This document shows, in pieces, positions 19,828 through 28,051 of a DNA stretch of 64,000 nucleotides. Made by a program: the position numbers and the translations under genes. Position 1 is the first letter of the stretch, and every line of letters starts with the position of its first letter. Source of the stretch: an uncultured Thermoplasmata archaeon (lineage in GTDB: Archaea; Thermoplasmatota; Thermoplasmata; UBA10834); contig CAZXWO010000006.1 of NCBI GenBank assembly GCA_964644565.1, forward strand, positions 6,469 through 70,468, written 5' to 3'. Below the pieces are notes generated by a model, which ran no database searches, was not told the DNA's origin, and was given only the letters and a program-made list of their open reading frames with translations.

Positions 19828-20829
19828 TTGCAGGGACAGGTGACCAGGGTTCTGAGGCACGCGCGTGCCGTGGCAGGGGACAGGGACAAGCTCGTCGCCA
19901 GGACGAGGGACACCCTGGCCAAGTGCGGGTTCTACGTCTCGAGCCCGCACAACCTCAGGAGCATCAGCTTCGACCTGGTGGCCCGGAGGGACCGCCAGCT
20001 GGTCGTGCTGAAGGCGCTCTGCAACATCGACTCGCTGTCGTCCGAGGACGCCGACGAGCTGAAGGTCATGGCGTCCATGCTGGGGGCGAGCCCCATGGTC
20101 ATAGGGATGCACTCCAGCTCCGCCGACCTCGAGGACGGGATCCTCTACACCCGCTTCGGGATCCCGATCGTCTCCGAGGGAACATTCTCCGACTTCATGC
20201 TCGAGGGCGTCCCCCCGCTGGTATACGCGGCCCCTGGCGGGCTCTACGTGCGCCTGGACGGCGACATGCTCAAGGAGCTCAGGCAGGCCAGGGTGATATC
20301 CCTGGGCGCCCTCGCCGAGGCCGTCGGCGTCTCGAGGAAGGCCATACAGATGTACGAGACCGGCATGGGGGCCATGGTGGACATCGCAGGGAGGATAGAG
20401 GAGTTCCTCGACGCCCCCCTCGTGGTCCCCCTCGACCCGTTCGCGTACGCCTCCGAGGTCGCGGACCACTTCAAGGGCCTGGAGAGGTTCAAGGGCGAGA
20501 ACAAGGACATCTTCGAGATGCTGAACGAGATCGGGTACTCGGTGGTGCCTACCAAGAAGGCGCCGTTCGAGGCCTTCGCGAAGGAGGAGGAGCTCCTCCT
20601 GCTCACCGGGATAGGCGAGGACCCCCAGATGACCGAGAGGAAGGCGAGGGTCGTGGGGAACCTGTCCAGGGTCACCGAGAGGAAGAGCGTCATCATAGTC
20701 CAGAGGAAGACCTCGGCGGAGGAGATCGAGGGGACGCCCCTCGTGACCAAGGACGAGCTGAGGAAGGCCGACCACGCCGACGACTTCATGGAGCTGGTCC
20801 TGAGGAGGGAGAGGAGGAGGGCCCCGTGA
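19828..20829 (+). CDS. archaeal putative HTH-type transcriptional regulator (COG1395 / MF_00584-like)
   Basis: Central XRE-type HTH (LRQARVISLGALAEAVGVSRKAIQMYETG) embedded in the conserved archaeal about 320-aa scaffold. Confidence 0.7.
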   Translation: MQGQVTRVLRHARAVAGDRDKLVARTRDTLAKCGFYVSSPHNLRSISFDLVARRDRQLVVLKALCNIDSLSSEDADELKVMASMLGASPMVIGMHSSSADLEDGILYTRFGIPIVSEGTFSDFMLEGVPPLVYAAPGGLYVRLDGDMLKELRQARVISLGALAEAVGVSRKAIQMYETGMGAMVDIAGRIEEFLDAPLVVPLDPFAYASEVADHFKGLERFKGENKDIFEMLNEIGYSVVPTKKAPFEAFAKEEELLLLTGIGEDPQMTERKARVVGNLSRVTERKSVIIVQRKTSAEEIEGTPLVTKDELRKADHADDFMELVLRRERRRAP

Positions 20830-21464
20830 GCAGGCTGAAGGAGATCGACCTGAACGGGGGCACGGTCTACGTCCTCGCGGTCGTCAAGGGCCTCACTTCC
20901 GAGGCGAAGAGGGTCAAGGAGGCCTTCGAGCGGCTCAGCCCGGACAAGGTGGCGGTGTCGCTCTCGAAGGAGGAGGTCGAGGGGCTCAGGAACCTCCCCG
21001 ACGACTTCGAACCGGAACTGTCCAGGTACGACGAGATATACGCCAAGGGGCTGGAGAGGTACGGGGAGGTCGCGGCGCCGCCGCCGTGCTACGTCGCGGC
21101 CGTCGAGCTCGCGGACCACATGGGGATACCGCTGTTCCCGGTCGACCTCGACGAGGACTCGTTCTCGGAGCTCTACTGCGCGGCCGTCACGGGGCCGGCG
21201 CTCTTCAGGCACTCCACCAGGACATGGCTCCTCAAACGCAGGCGGTTCGAGGCGCCCACGGCCGAGGAGTACGTCCTGAGGTGGGACCGGGCGGTCAACA
21301 ACATGGAGGGGATGAGGCTCATCGAGCAGAAGCGCGCCGAGACCATCGCGAAGGGCATATCAGACCTCTCGTCCGCAGGCAGGACCCTGCTCGCGGTCGT
21401 GGAGCTGGAGCGCGCGGGCGATGTCACGGACATCCTCACCGAACAGTTGACGCAGAAAACCTAG
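20826..21464 (+). CDS. TraB/GumN-like family protein (divergent)
   Basis: The N-terminus ...GGTVYVLAVVKGLTSEAKRVKEAFERLSPDKVAVSLSKEE resembles the TraB pattern GTAHVS..S...V......PD.VAVEL. GTG start overlaps the upstream stop (GTGA). Confidence 0.4.
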   Translation: MSRLKEIDLNGGTVYVLAVVKGLTSEAKRVKEAFERLSPDKVAVSLSKEEVEGLRNLPDDFEPELSRYDEIYAKGLERYGEVAAPPPCYVAAVELADHMGIPLFPVDLDEDSFSELYCAAVTGPALFRHSTRTWLLKRRRFEAPTAEEYVLRWDRAVNNMEGMRLIEQKRAETIAKGISDLSSAGRTLLAVVELERAGDVTDILTEQLTQKT

Positions 21465-21503
21465 GGAATGGGTTTCGTGGGGTTTCGGGGGCCTCTTCCT
21501 CGC

Positions 21504-24500
21504 TCAGCCCCGGTCGTATATGTCCACTGCGGCAATCTTGACGAGGCACCCCGTCTCGGTCCCCGCCAGCATGCCCGCGAACACGTCCTTGATGTCCACT
21601 TCCCAGTACATCTCCGGGTCGATGTTCAGGTACGCCTTCAGCAGGGACACCTCGTCAGCGGCGCCGACGGTCACCCATGCGGTCAGGATGTCGTCGTACC
21701 CGTCGCCGTTGATGTCATCCACCTCGAAGAGCGTCGGGCTTATCGCGACATAGCTCGACAGCCCGCCAGGATAGATGTACATGTTGGTCTCGTTGTGGAC
21801 CATCCACTTATCCTCGGTCGGGTCGGTTATGGGCGTCCTGTGGTCGTACACGACGAACTTGCCGTTCTTCGCGACCACGACCTCGAGCCGGTCGTCGCCC
21901 TCCACGTCACCGTCGAAGTTGATCGCGCGGGCGGTGTAGTAGATCTCGGCCGACGTGTTGACGCCGGTCACCTGGTAACGGTTGGGCACGGCGGGCATGG
22001 TGCTCGGCCAGTACGAGCCGAACCTGTTCGACTTGACCGCGAGGTAGTCGATGTCCAGATACTCATCCTTCAGACCGGGGGCCGTGGACGAGTCGGTTAT
22101 CTTCACGTAGAAGCTCGTCGCGCCCGCGACGGACGACGGCAGGTTGAACGTGTAATCCGTGTACTCCTTCGCCGTGATGACCATCACCGGGGTGTACATC
22201 GCCGTCTCCGGGTCCGAGCCGGTGGAGTACCAGACATAGAAGACCTCCTGGGCCTCCTCCGGGCCGATCTTGGCCCTGACGACGAGCTGCGGGTCCGAGT
22301 ACTCCGTCAGCGGCGTGTCGATCTGGAAGACGAAGTCGACCTGGCCCTCCTCGTCGCCCGTGACGTTCTCCTCGATGCGCATCGGGTCGTCGTCGACTGC
22401 CTCCGTGAGCACCATGGTCCCGACCAGGTTGCTGCCGGCGTACTGCTCGACGTCCACAACGAGGTTCTCCTCAGCCTCCTCGTTGGCCGTGTAGTTGTTG
22501 ACCCACACGCCCTCGATGAGGTCGTGGTCGCCCGTGCCGGCGGTCGGGTCGACGGTTATGATGTCGAGCATCCCGTCGTTGTTCATGTCGGCGATGTCGA
22601 AGTCCTCGATGTTGCTGGTTATGGTGACCGGGTTGGGCATGGTAGCGAAGAGGCCGGATGTCCACTTCGTCAGGTCGTACATCCGCACCTTGCCTTCGGC
22701 GAGCACTATCAGGTCCGCACGGCCGTCGCCGGTCATGTCCTCGAGGGCGATCTTCCTTATCCCGTCGTAGGTCGAGCCGAAGGTCATGAAGACCGTGCCC
22801 TGTGTCCCGTAGGTGTTGTTGAATATGACCACCTGGTGGCCGCTCGTGGAGTACGCGAAGTCCGTGTCCCCGTCGCCGTTTATGTCGCCAGTGTCGATCC
22901 ACTCGATCTTGTTCGCCGTGGCGTCGGGCCTGGTGATTATGGACGGGGCCTGCCACACGCCGTAGGTGTTCATGGTGTTCTCGAAGTAGAGGAGCTGGCC
23001 CATGTTGTCGTAGCTCGAGCCTGTCTTGTCCATGTTGGAGCCTGCCAGCAGGTCCATGTCGCCGTCGTTGTCGAAGTCACCCAGGGCCATCGCGTTGTGA
23101 TAGAACAGGGGGGCCGTGCTCGGTGCGTTCTCGTCGGTGTGCAGGAGCCTGGTCGTGAAGAAGTTGTTGTTCTCCACGTAGTAGATGTACTCAGGGGCGA
23201 TGAAGTTGGTGCTCCCGCCCTTCGACGAGTATATCCCGCTCGTGCCCATGAAGAAGTCCGACCGGCTGTAGGAGGACTTCACGAACACCTGGCGGGAATA
23301 CGCGTAGACGCCCTCGTTCTCATCGCTGAACTGGGATATCTCCAGGGTGTACGAGTTGGTCCCCGTCTTCCAGTTGTCGCCGTTGTTGAACCGGAGGTCG
23401 ATCCAGAACACGTACGCGGTGTTGTTGGTCGCCGAGTCGGTCACAGCACTGATCATCGTACCCGAGTTGGGGGGCCCGTAAAGCTGGGTGCCGCCGACCA
23501 TGTCCGTTATCCTTATCTCGCCCAGGGAAGGCTCAGGGTCGTCCTGGGCGTCCTGGACGTACATGGCGATGTACATCTTGGAGTTCGGGCCGGTCGCGTC
23601 GAACGGCGTCGTCTTGGTGTAGCCCCAGTCGGTGGTGTAGCCCTCGTCCTGGAACGTCCACACCCTCGGGAAGTAAGTGATTGGCGAGGAATCGTCCCAT
23701 ATGTACAGGGTCTCCTCGGAGTCGAACAGGTAGTTCGTAGACCCAGTGGCCTTCAACAGCATGCTCATAGTGTACGTGCCGGGGATCAGGTCGGAGGTGT
23801 TGAACACCGCCTGGTACACCGCGATGTTGCCACCGTAGGCGTAGTTGTAGAACGGGTCGATGTAGGAGCTGGGGGACGTGAAGTTGGCCAGGTAGGTGTA
23901 GTCGATCTCCGTCCTGGCGTCCGTCAACGTGAGGTCGTTCGCACCGCCGAGGTTCAGGACGTAGAAGCTCGCCACCCTGACGAAGACTCTCTCGCCCCGC
24001 TCGAAGACCGTCCTGGCGTCCGAGACGTTGGCCGTCCCACTGGTGCCGTTCTCGCCGAACACGGCGAACCCCTGGCCGTCGTTTACGTTGGTGATGTAGG
24101 ACGGCATGCCGCCCTCCTGCGGGGTCGTGTCGGCCGGGTAATAGTCGATGTCGGTCGGCAGGACTATGACCGACAGCTCGTAGCCGATGGATGTCCTGTG
24201 CCCCGCCGCGTCCTCCGCGTATATGATCAGGGTCCTCCCGTCGATCGCCGCAGAGTCGTTCGCCACGTCGTTGAAGTCCCACTCGAACCAGCCGCCGTCC
24301 GAGGGCACTATCCCGCTGGATGGGGAGTCGAACGCGTCGTTGGGGCTGCCGCCCTCGATGCTGGAGGAGTCGAGCCACACCGACTGGAGGTCCTTGTCGA
24401 GGTCCGAGATCTTCACGAACAGCGTGAAGTCGTCGTACTCCTTGACCGGGTCCACCGTCAGCGTGTCCGTGTCGGAGTCGACGTACCTCTGCAGCACGGT

Positions 24501-24971
24501 CGGCGGGGTGCCGCCCATGCCGCCGGTGACCTGGCTGACCCACACGGCGTTGTGGCTCTCGTCGTCGATTATGGTGACCGATATCGAGCTGGCGTAGGTC
24601 GTCCCGTTGTAGGTCTTGACCCACTCCGTGCCCATGACCCACTCGTCATAGGGGAAGTCCGGGTCCTCGGAGAGCCTGTACACCTGGGTCGTCTCGTCTA
24701 TCGAGACCAAGACGACCGTGTATGGCGAGTCCATCGTCGCGCCGCCGATATGCGTCACGGTCAGTGTCGCGGTGGACCCGAGGTTGTCGAAACTGACGCT
24801 CGCCGCGAAATCTGCTTTGACCGTCTGTTCCGGGACGGGCATCTCGTTGACGAACATCATTATGCCGCTGAAGAGGACCACCGTGATCATCAGGATCAGG
24901 ATGTTGCCTATGATCTCAGACACGCCGCCCTCGTCAGCCCATGACTTGCGCTTGAGCAGTTTGACTTCCAT
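21504..24971 (-). CDS. large surface protein: archaeal type IV pilin-like N-terminus (class III signal peptide, DUF1628-like) plus beta-sandwich region plus FG-GAP/integrin-alpha-like repeats
   Basis: The N-terminus MEVKLLKRKSWADEGG|VSEIIGNILILMITVVLFSGI is a prepilin-type signal. There are six DxDxDG-type Ca-loop repeats: DFDNDGDMD, DINGDGDTD, DMTGDGRAD, DMNNDGMLD, NFDGDVEGDD and DINGDGYDD. An SD (GGAGG, complement of 24981-24985) sits 9 nt upstream of ATG 24971. The track start at 25022 lies only about 18 nt from the TATA box at about 25036-25043. Confidence 0.8.
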   Translation of the reverse strand: MEVKLLKRKSWADEGGVSEIIGNILILMITVVLFSGIMMFVNEMPVPEQTVKADFAASVSFDNLGSTATLTVTHIGGATMDSPYTVVLVSIDETTQVYRLSEDPDFPYDEWVMGTEWVKTYNGTTYASSISVTIIDDESHNAVWVSQVTGGMGGTPPTVLQRYVDSDTDTLTVDPVKEYDDFTLFVKISDLDKDLQSVWLDSSSIEGGSPNDAFDSPSSGIVPSDGGWFEWDFNDVANDSAAIDGRTLIIYAEDAAGHRTSIGYELSVIVLPTDIDYYPADTTPQEGGMPSYITNVNDGQGFAVFGENGTSGTANVSDARTVFERGERVFVRVASFYVLNLGGANDLTLTDARTEIDYTYLANFTSPSSYIDPFYNYAYGGNIAVYQAVFNTSDLIPGTYTMSMLLKATGSTNYLFDSEETLYIWDDSSPITYFPRVWTFQDEGYTTDWGYTKTTPFDATGPNSKMYIAMYVQDAQDDPEPSLGEIRITDMVGGTQLYGPPNSGTMISAVTDSATNNTAYVFWIDLRFNNGDNWKTGTNSYTLEISQFSDENEGVYAYSRQVFVKSSYSRSDFFMGTSGIYSSKGGSTNFIAPEYIYYVENNNFFTTRLLHTDENAPSTAPLFYHNAMALGDFDNDGDMDLLAGSNMDKTGSSYDNMGQLLYFENTMNTYGVWQAPSIITRPDATANKIEWIDTGDINGDGDTDFAYSTSGHQVVIFNNTYGTQGTVFMTFGSTYDGIRKIALEDMTGDGRADLIVLAEGKVRMYDLTKWTSGLFATMPNPVTITSNIEDFDIADMNNDGMLDIITVDPTAGTGDHDLIEGVWVNNYTANEEAEENLVVDVEQYAGSNLVGTMVLTEAVDDDPMRIEENVTGDEEGQVDFVFQIDTPLTEYSDPQLVVRAKIGPEEAQEVFYVWYSTGSDPETAMYTPVMVITAKEYTDYTFNLPSSVAGATSFYVKITDSSTAPGLKDEYLDIDYLAVKSNRFGSYWPSTMPAVPNRYQVTGVNTSAEIYYTARAINFDGDVEGDDRLEVVVAKNGKFVVYDHRTPITDPTEDKWMVHNETNMYIYPGGLSSYVAISPTLFEVDDINGDGYDDILTAWVTVGAADEVSLLKAYLNIDPEMYWEVDIKDVFAGMLAGTETGCLVKIAAVDIYDRG

Positions 24972-25118
24972 TCGAACATTCCTCCGGGGAGAAGGATTAC
25001 CCTGCCAGCTTCTGGTTTTCAACGTAGTAGAGCGTATTTAAACGTGTTGGGGTCATTACCAGATACCTCACCGCATGGGCAGGGGGGGTCTGGGAGGGGG
25101 CGGATGAAACCATCACCG

Positions 25119-25126
25119 TTATATAA
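25119..25126 (+). promoter_or_regulatory. TATA box (TTATATAA) about 27 nt upstream of ATG 25150, implying a leaderless mRNA
   Basis: AT-rich octamer in a GC-rich spacer, at the canonical archaeal TATA-to-start distance. Confidence 0.5.
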
Positions 25127-25149
25127 GCACAGGGGGATTTCGCGGGACG

Positions 25150-26283
25150 ATGGGAGAGCCTGGCCAGCTTAGCGTGAATGAGAGGGTGTTGCTGCATCTC
25201 TCCAGGTATGCCGCCGACACCCATCCGGGGGAGCACCCTCAGGAGTGCTCCCAGGCGGGCATAGCCTCCTCGGTCGGCATCTCGCGCACGCACGTTCCGC
25301 GCGCGGTCAAGACGCTCGCGAAGGAGGGGCTCGTCGAGGAGCTCAGGGCGAGGGTGACGGGGCACGAACGGAGGATGAGCGTCTACGCCATCACGCCGGC
25401 GGGGGTCAGTAGGGCGTCAGAGCTCTGGGAGGGGCTCTCCGACGAGAGGTTCGTCCTGCGGTCCCCGGGGAAGACGGAGGAGGTCAGCGTGGCCGAGATC
25501 GAGGCGATGGTCGGCAGGAGACAGGCCGTCGGACTAGTCGCCCGCGCGCGCGCAGGCGTAATAGAAATGTCCGAGAGGCGCCGGCCGGGCGTGAAGGACC
25601 TCGCGGACGCCCCCGCCGTCACGGGCTTCGTCGGCAGGAGGGAGGAGTTGGACGCCATGAACGCGTTCCTCGAGTCCGACTCCGACATCCTGGTCGTGCT
25701 CGGGAACAGGGGGTATGGCGCGAGCGCGCTCGCGCGCAGGTTCGCGGACGCGCTCGATGACTACAACGTCCTGTGGGTGCCGCTCGACGAATGCGGGGAC
25801 GCGAAGGACATCGAGGGGCGGATGCTCGACTTCGCGAGGAGGGCGCTGCCGGAGGCCGGGGGGCCGCTCGACGCGCTCGACGTGGCGGACACCGTGATAG
25901 TCTTCGACGGGTACCGGCCCGCGTCCGAGGAGGTGGTCGAGTTCTTCTCCGCGGTGGCGGACCGCCTCAACGAGGCGAAGGTCATAATCACGGCCAGGGA
26001 GGACACCCCGGCGTACAACTGGTTCTACCACAAGAAGGAGCTCGAGTCCGGGAAGGTCCAGGAGCTCCGGCTCAAGGGACTCGACAGGGACAGCTCCAGG
26101 CTCCTCCTGGGGAACCCGGAGATAGAGGCCGAGGCGTTCAGGCGGATCTACGGCATGACCAGGGGCTCCCCCAGCACGTTGGGGATGCTGCGGGACCGGG
26201 ACTTCGAGGGCCTGAAGAAGAACACCGTCTTCACGGTGGAGGAGATCAGGTACCTGCTGTTCCTCCGAGACAAGACAGGTTAA
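25150..26283 (+). CDS. winged-helix DNA-binding protein fused to an Arch_ATPase/STAND-like domain with a degenerate P-loop
   Basis: N-terminal wHTH (QAGIASSVGISRTHVPRAVKTLAKEGLVEE). It is followed by FVGRREELDAMNAFLESDSDILVVLGNRGYGASALARRFA, the Arch_ATPase pattern with GK[ST] replaced by GAS. Confidence 0.65.
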   Translation: MGEPGQLSVNERVLLHLSRYAADTHPGEHPQECSQAGIASSVGISRTHVPRAVKTLAKEGLVEELRARVTGHERRMSVYAITPAGVSRASELWEGLSDERFVLRSPGKTEEVSVAEIEAMVGRRQAVGLVARARAGVIEMSERRRPGVKDLADAPAVTGFVGRREELDAMNAFLESDSDILVVLGNRGYGASALARRFADALDDYNVLWVPLDECGDAKDIEGRMLDFARRALPEAGGPLDALDVADTVIVFDGYRPASEEVVEFFSAVADRLNEAKVIITAREDTPAYNWFYHKKELESGKVQELRLKGLDRDSSRLLLGNPEIEAEAFRRIYGMTRGSPSTLGMLRDRDFEGLKKNTVFTVEEIRYLLFLRDKTG

Positions 26284-26284
26284 G

Positions 26285-26818
26285 TCACCACTCGACCCCT
26301 TTGCGGGCCTCGGCACCGGCGTCGAAAGGGTGCTTCGCGTTCTCTATGACCGAGACATAGTCCGCGAAGTCCACGAACTCCTGCGGCGCGCCCCTCCCCG
26401 TGAGGACGACCTCCGTCCCCGGGGGCCTGGACCTGAGCGCCGTCAGGACCTCCTCGGGCCGCACGAGCCCCATCGACACCGCGACGTTGACCTCGTCCAG
26501 GACGAGCATCTGGCACGAGCCGCCCGCGAGCCGCTCCCTCACCGCAGAGAGGGCCGCGGCCGCCGCCGCCCTGTCCTCTTCTGACGGGGCCCCCTGGCGC
26601 ACGAACCTGCCCGTGCCGAACTGCAGCACCTCGACGTTCCCGAGGCGGCGCGCAGCCAAGAGCTCGCCGGTGGTCTCGCCGGTCTTCATGAACTGGACCA
26701 CGCAGACGCGGTAGCCGTGCCCCGCGGCCCTCATGGCCAGCCCGAAGGCTGCCGTGGTCTTGCCCTTGCCGGGGCCTGTGATGACATGGACCTTGCCGAG
26801 GCCGCCACCTGAGGGCAT
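26285..26818 (-). CDS. cobO: cob(I)yrinic acid a,c-diamide / cob(I)alamin adenosyltransferase (CobA/CobO/BtuR family)
   Basis: TGPGKGKTTAAFGLAMRAAGHGYRVCVVQFMK...LVLDE...TGRGAP.EFVDFADYV..I...KHPF..G..ARKG.E. Confidence 0.9.
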   Translation of the reverse strand: MPSGGGLGKVHVITGPGKGKTTAAFGLAMRAAGHGYRVCVVQFMKTGETTGELLAARRLGNVEVLQFGTGRFVRQGAPSEEDRAAAAAALSAVRERLAGGSCQMLVLDEVNVAVSMGLVRPEEVLTALRSRPPGTEVVLTGRGAPQEFVDFADYVSVIENAKHPFDAGAEARKGVEW

Positions 26819-26861
26819 CGTGACCCTGAGAGCGGTGCAACTAGAAAAATGGGACTGCGGC

Positions 26862-27368
26862 TCAGTATCTCCTGACCTCGTCCTCGGGGAGGGAGAACTC
26901 CCGCTCGAGGTACCCCAGCTGCTGCGTCTCCATCGTCCTGGGGTCGATGGGCACCAGGAGGAGGGCGCCCGACATGGCGACCTCCTCGTTCGTGAGCTGG
27001 ATGGCCTTCATGACGCTGGAGAACCCGTTCTCCGTGACGAGGTACTCGAGCCCGTCCAGGAGCACGACGGCGCCGGGGTTGGCCTTGATGAAGTCGGATA
27101 TGGTGCCGTGGATCTTCATGAGTCTCGTCGGCTCGAGGTTGACCACGGCGGCGCCCGTCGCGGGCTTTATGTTCTTGGCGATCCACATTATAGGGCAGTC
27201 GAAGCCGTACTGCTGCTGCACCCTGACCGGGTGGGTGCGGGTTATGACCAGCCCTCGTCTGCCCTCTGCGAGCATCCTCTTGAGGGCCTCGTACGCCCTC
27301 GGGACGCCTCTGTCCGTGAACAGATAGGAGTTACCTGGAGCGAGGGCAGGTGCACTTCCGTCGCTCAT
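26862..27368 (-). CDS. DUF835 domain protein
   Basis: GLVITRTHP...VVLLDGLEYLVTENGFSSVMKAIQLTNEEV...LLVPIDPRT....L..LEREF matches the DUF835 pattern. It starts 8 nt after the KaiC-like gene. Confidence 0.7.
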   Translation of the reverse strand: MSDGSAPALAPGNSYLFTDRGVPRAYEALKRMLAEGRRGLVITRTHPVRVQQQYGFDCPIMWIAKNIKPATGAAVVNLEPTRLMKIHGTISDFIKANPGAVVLLDGLEYLVTENGFSSVMKAIQLTNEEVAMSGALLLVPIDPRTMETQQLGYLEREFSLPEDEVRRY

Positions 27369-27376
27369 GTGTGGGG

Positions 27377-28051
27377 TTACCTCAGGCCCGCCTGAACAGC
27401 TAGGCCTTCGTCAGTGATGTCGATCAGCTGTCTTCCGGTGGTGTGCTTCGTCCCCCTCATCTTCAGGACCTCGAGGAACTTGCGCCTCACCTTCTCCTCC
27501 TCAGGGTAGGAGAGCATGACGACGCCGTCGACCATGTACGACTCCTGGCTGTGGGATATGTCCTCGTAGGACAGCTCAGCGGTTATGATCGCGAGGCACT
27601 CGAAGGCCTTGAGGTAGGCGAAGAGCTCGTGCATGAACTCCCGGGTCTCGCCCCTCCACTGGAGCATGTCGGTCATGGGCGTGATGGGGTCGATGACGAT
27701 CCTCACCGGGTGGTACTGCTCTATCTGCTTCTTGATTGTGCTCAGGATGTCGCTCGGGTTCTTCGCCAGGGTGGGGCCGATGTCGATGAAGTTGACCACG
27801 CCCTTCTCGACCAGCTGCTGGTCGTAGAACGAGAACGAGGACAGGAACCTCTGGACGAGCCACTGCGGCTCCGATATCGCGGTGATGTAGAGGCCCTTCT
27901 CGCCCTCGCTGGCGCCGTGGAACAGGCTCTGGACCGCCAGGGTCGTCTTGCCGGTACCTGGTTCGCCCGCCACGAGCACAGAGGACGGGAACGGGAACCC
28001 TCCCTGCAGCATTCCGTCCAGGCCGGGGATGCCCGTCGTCTTCCTCGTCAT
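27377..28051 (-). CDS. single-domain KaiC-like / RecA-superfamily ATPase
   Basis: TGIPGLDGMLQGGFP..SSVLVAGEPGTGKTTLAVQ (Walker A), GLYITAISEP, and VRIVIDPITPM (Walker B-like strand). Confidence 0.85.
   Translation of the reverse strand: MTRKTTGIPGLDGMLQGGFPFPSSVLVAGEPGTGKTTLAVQSLFHGASEGEKGLYITAISEPQWLVQRFLSSFSFYDQQLVEKGVVNFIDIGPTLAKNPSDILSTIKKQIEQYHPVRIVIDPITPMTDMLQWRGETREFMHELFAYLKAFECLAIITAELSYEDISHSQESYMVDGVVMLSYPEEEKVRRKFLEVLKMRGTKHTTGRQLIDITDEGLAVQAGLR

Noticed and set aside
17622-19922. 766-aa - strand ORF antisense to cdc48
   Set aside because: Antisense artefact. The + strand encodes a textbook double-AAA Cdc48.
21468-24944. 1158-aa + strand ORF antisense to the FG-GAP gene
   Set aside because: The same high-GC3 antisense artefact. 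The sequence is a V/R/G/H/D-rich low-complexity string with no recognisable motif, whereas the reverse strand encodes a coherent pilin-signal plus FG-GAP protein.
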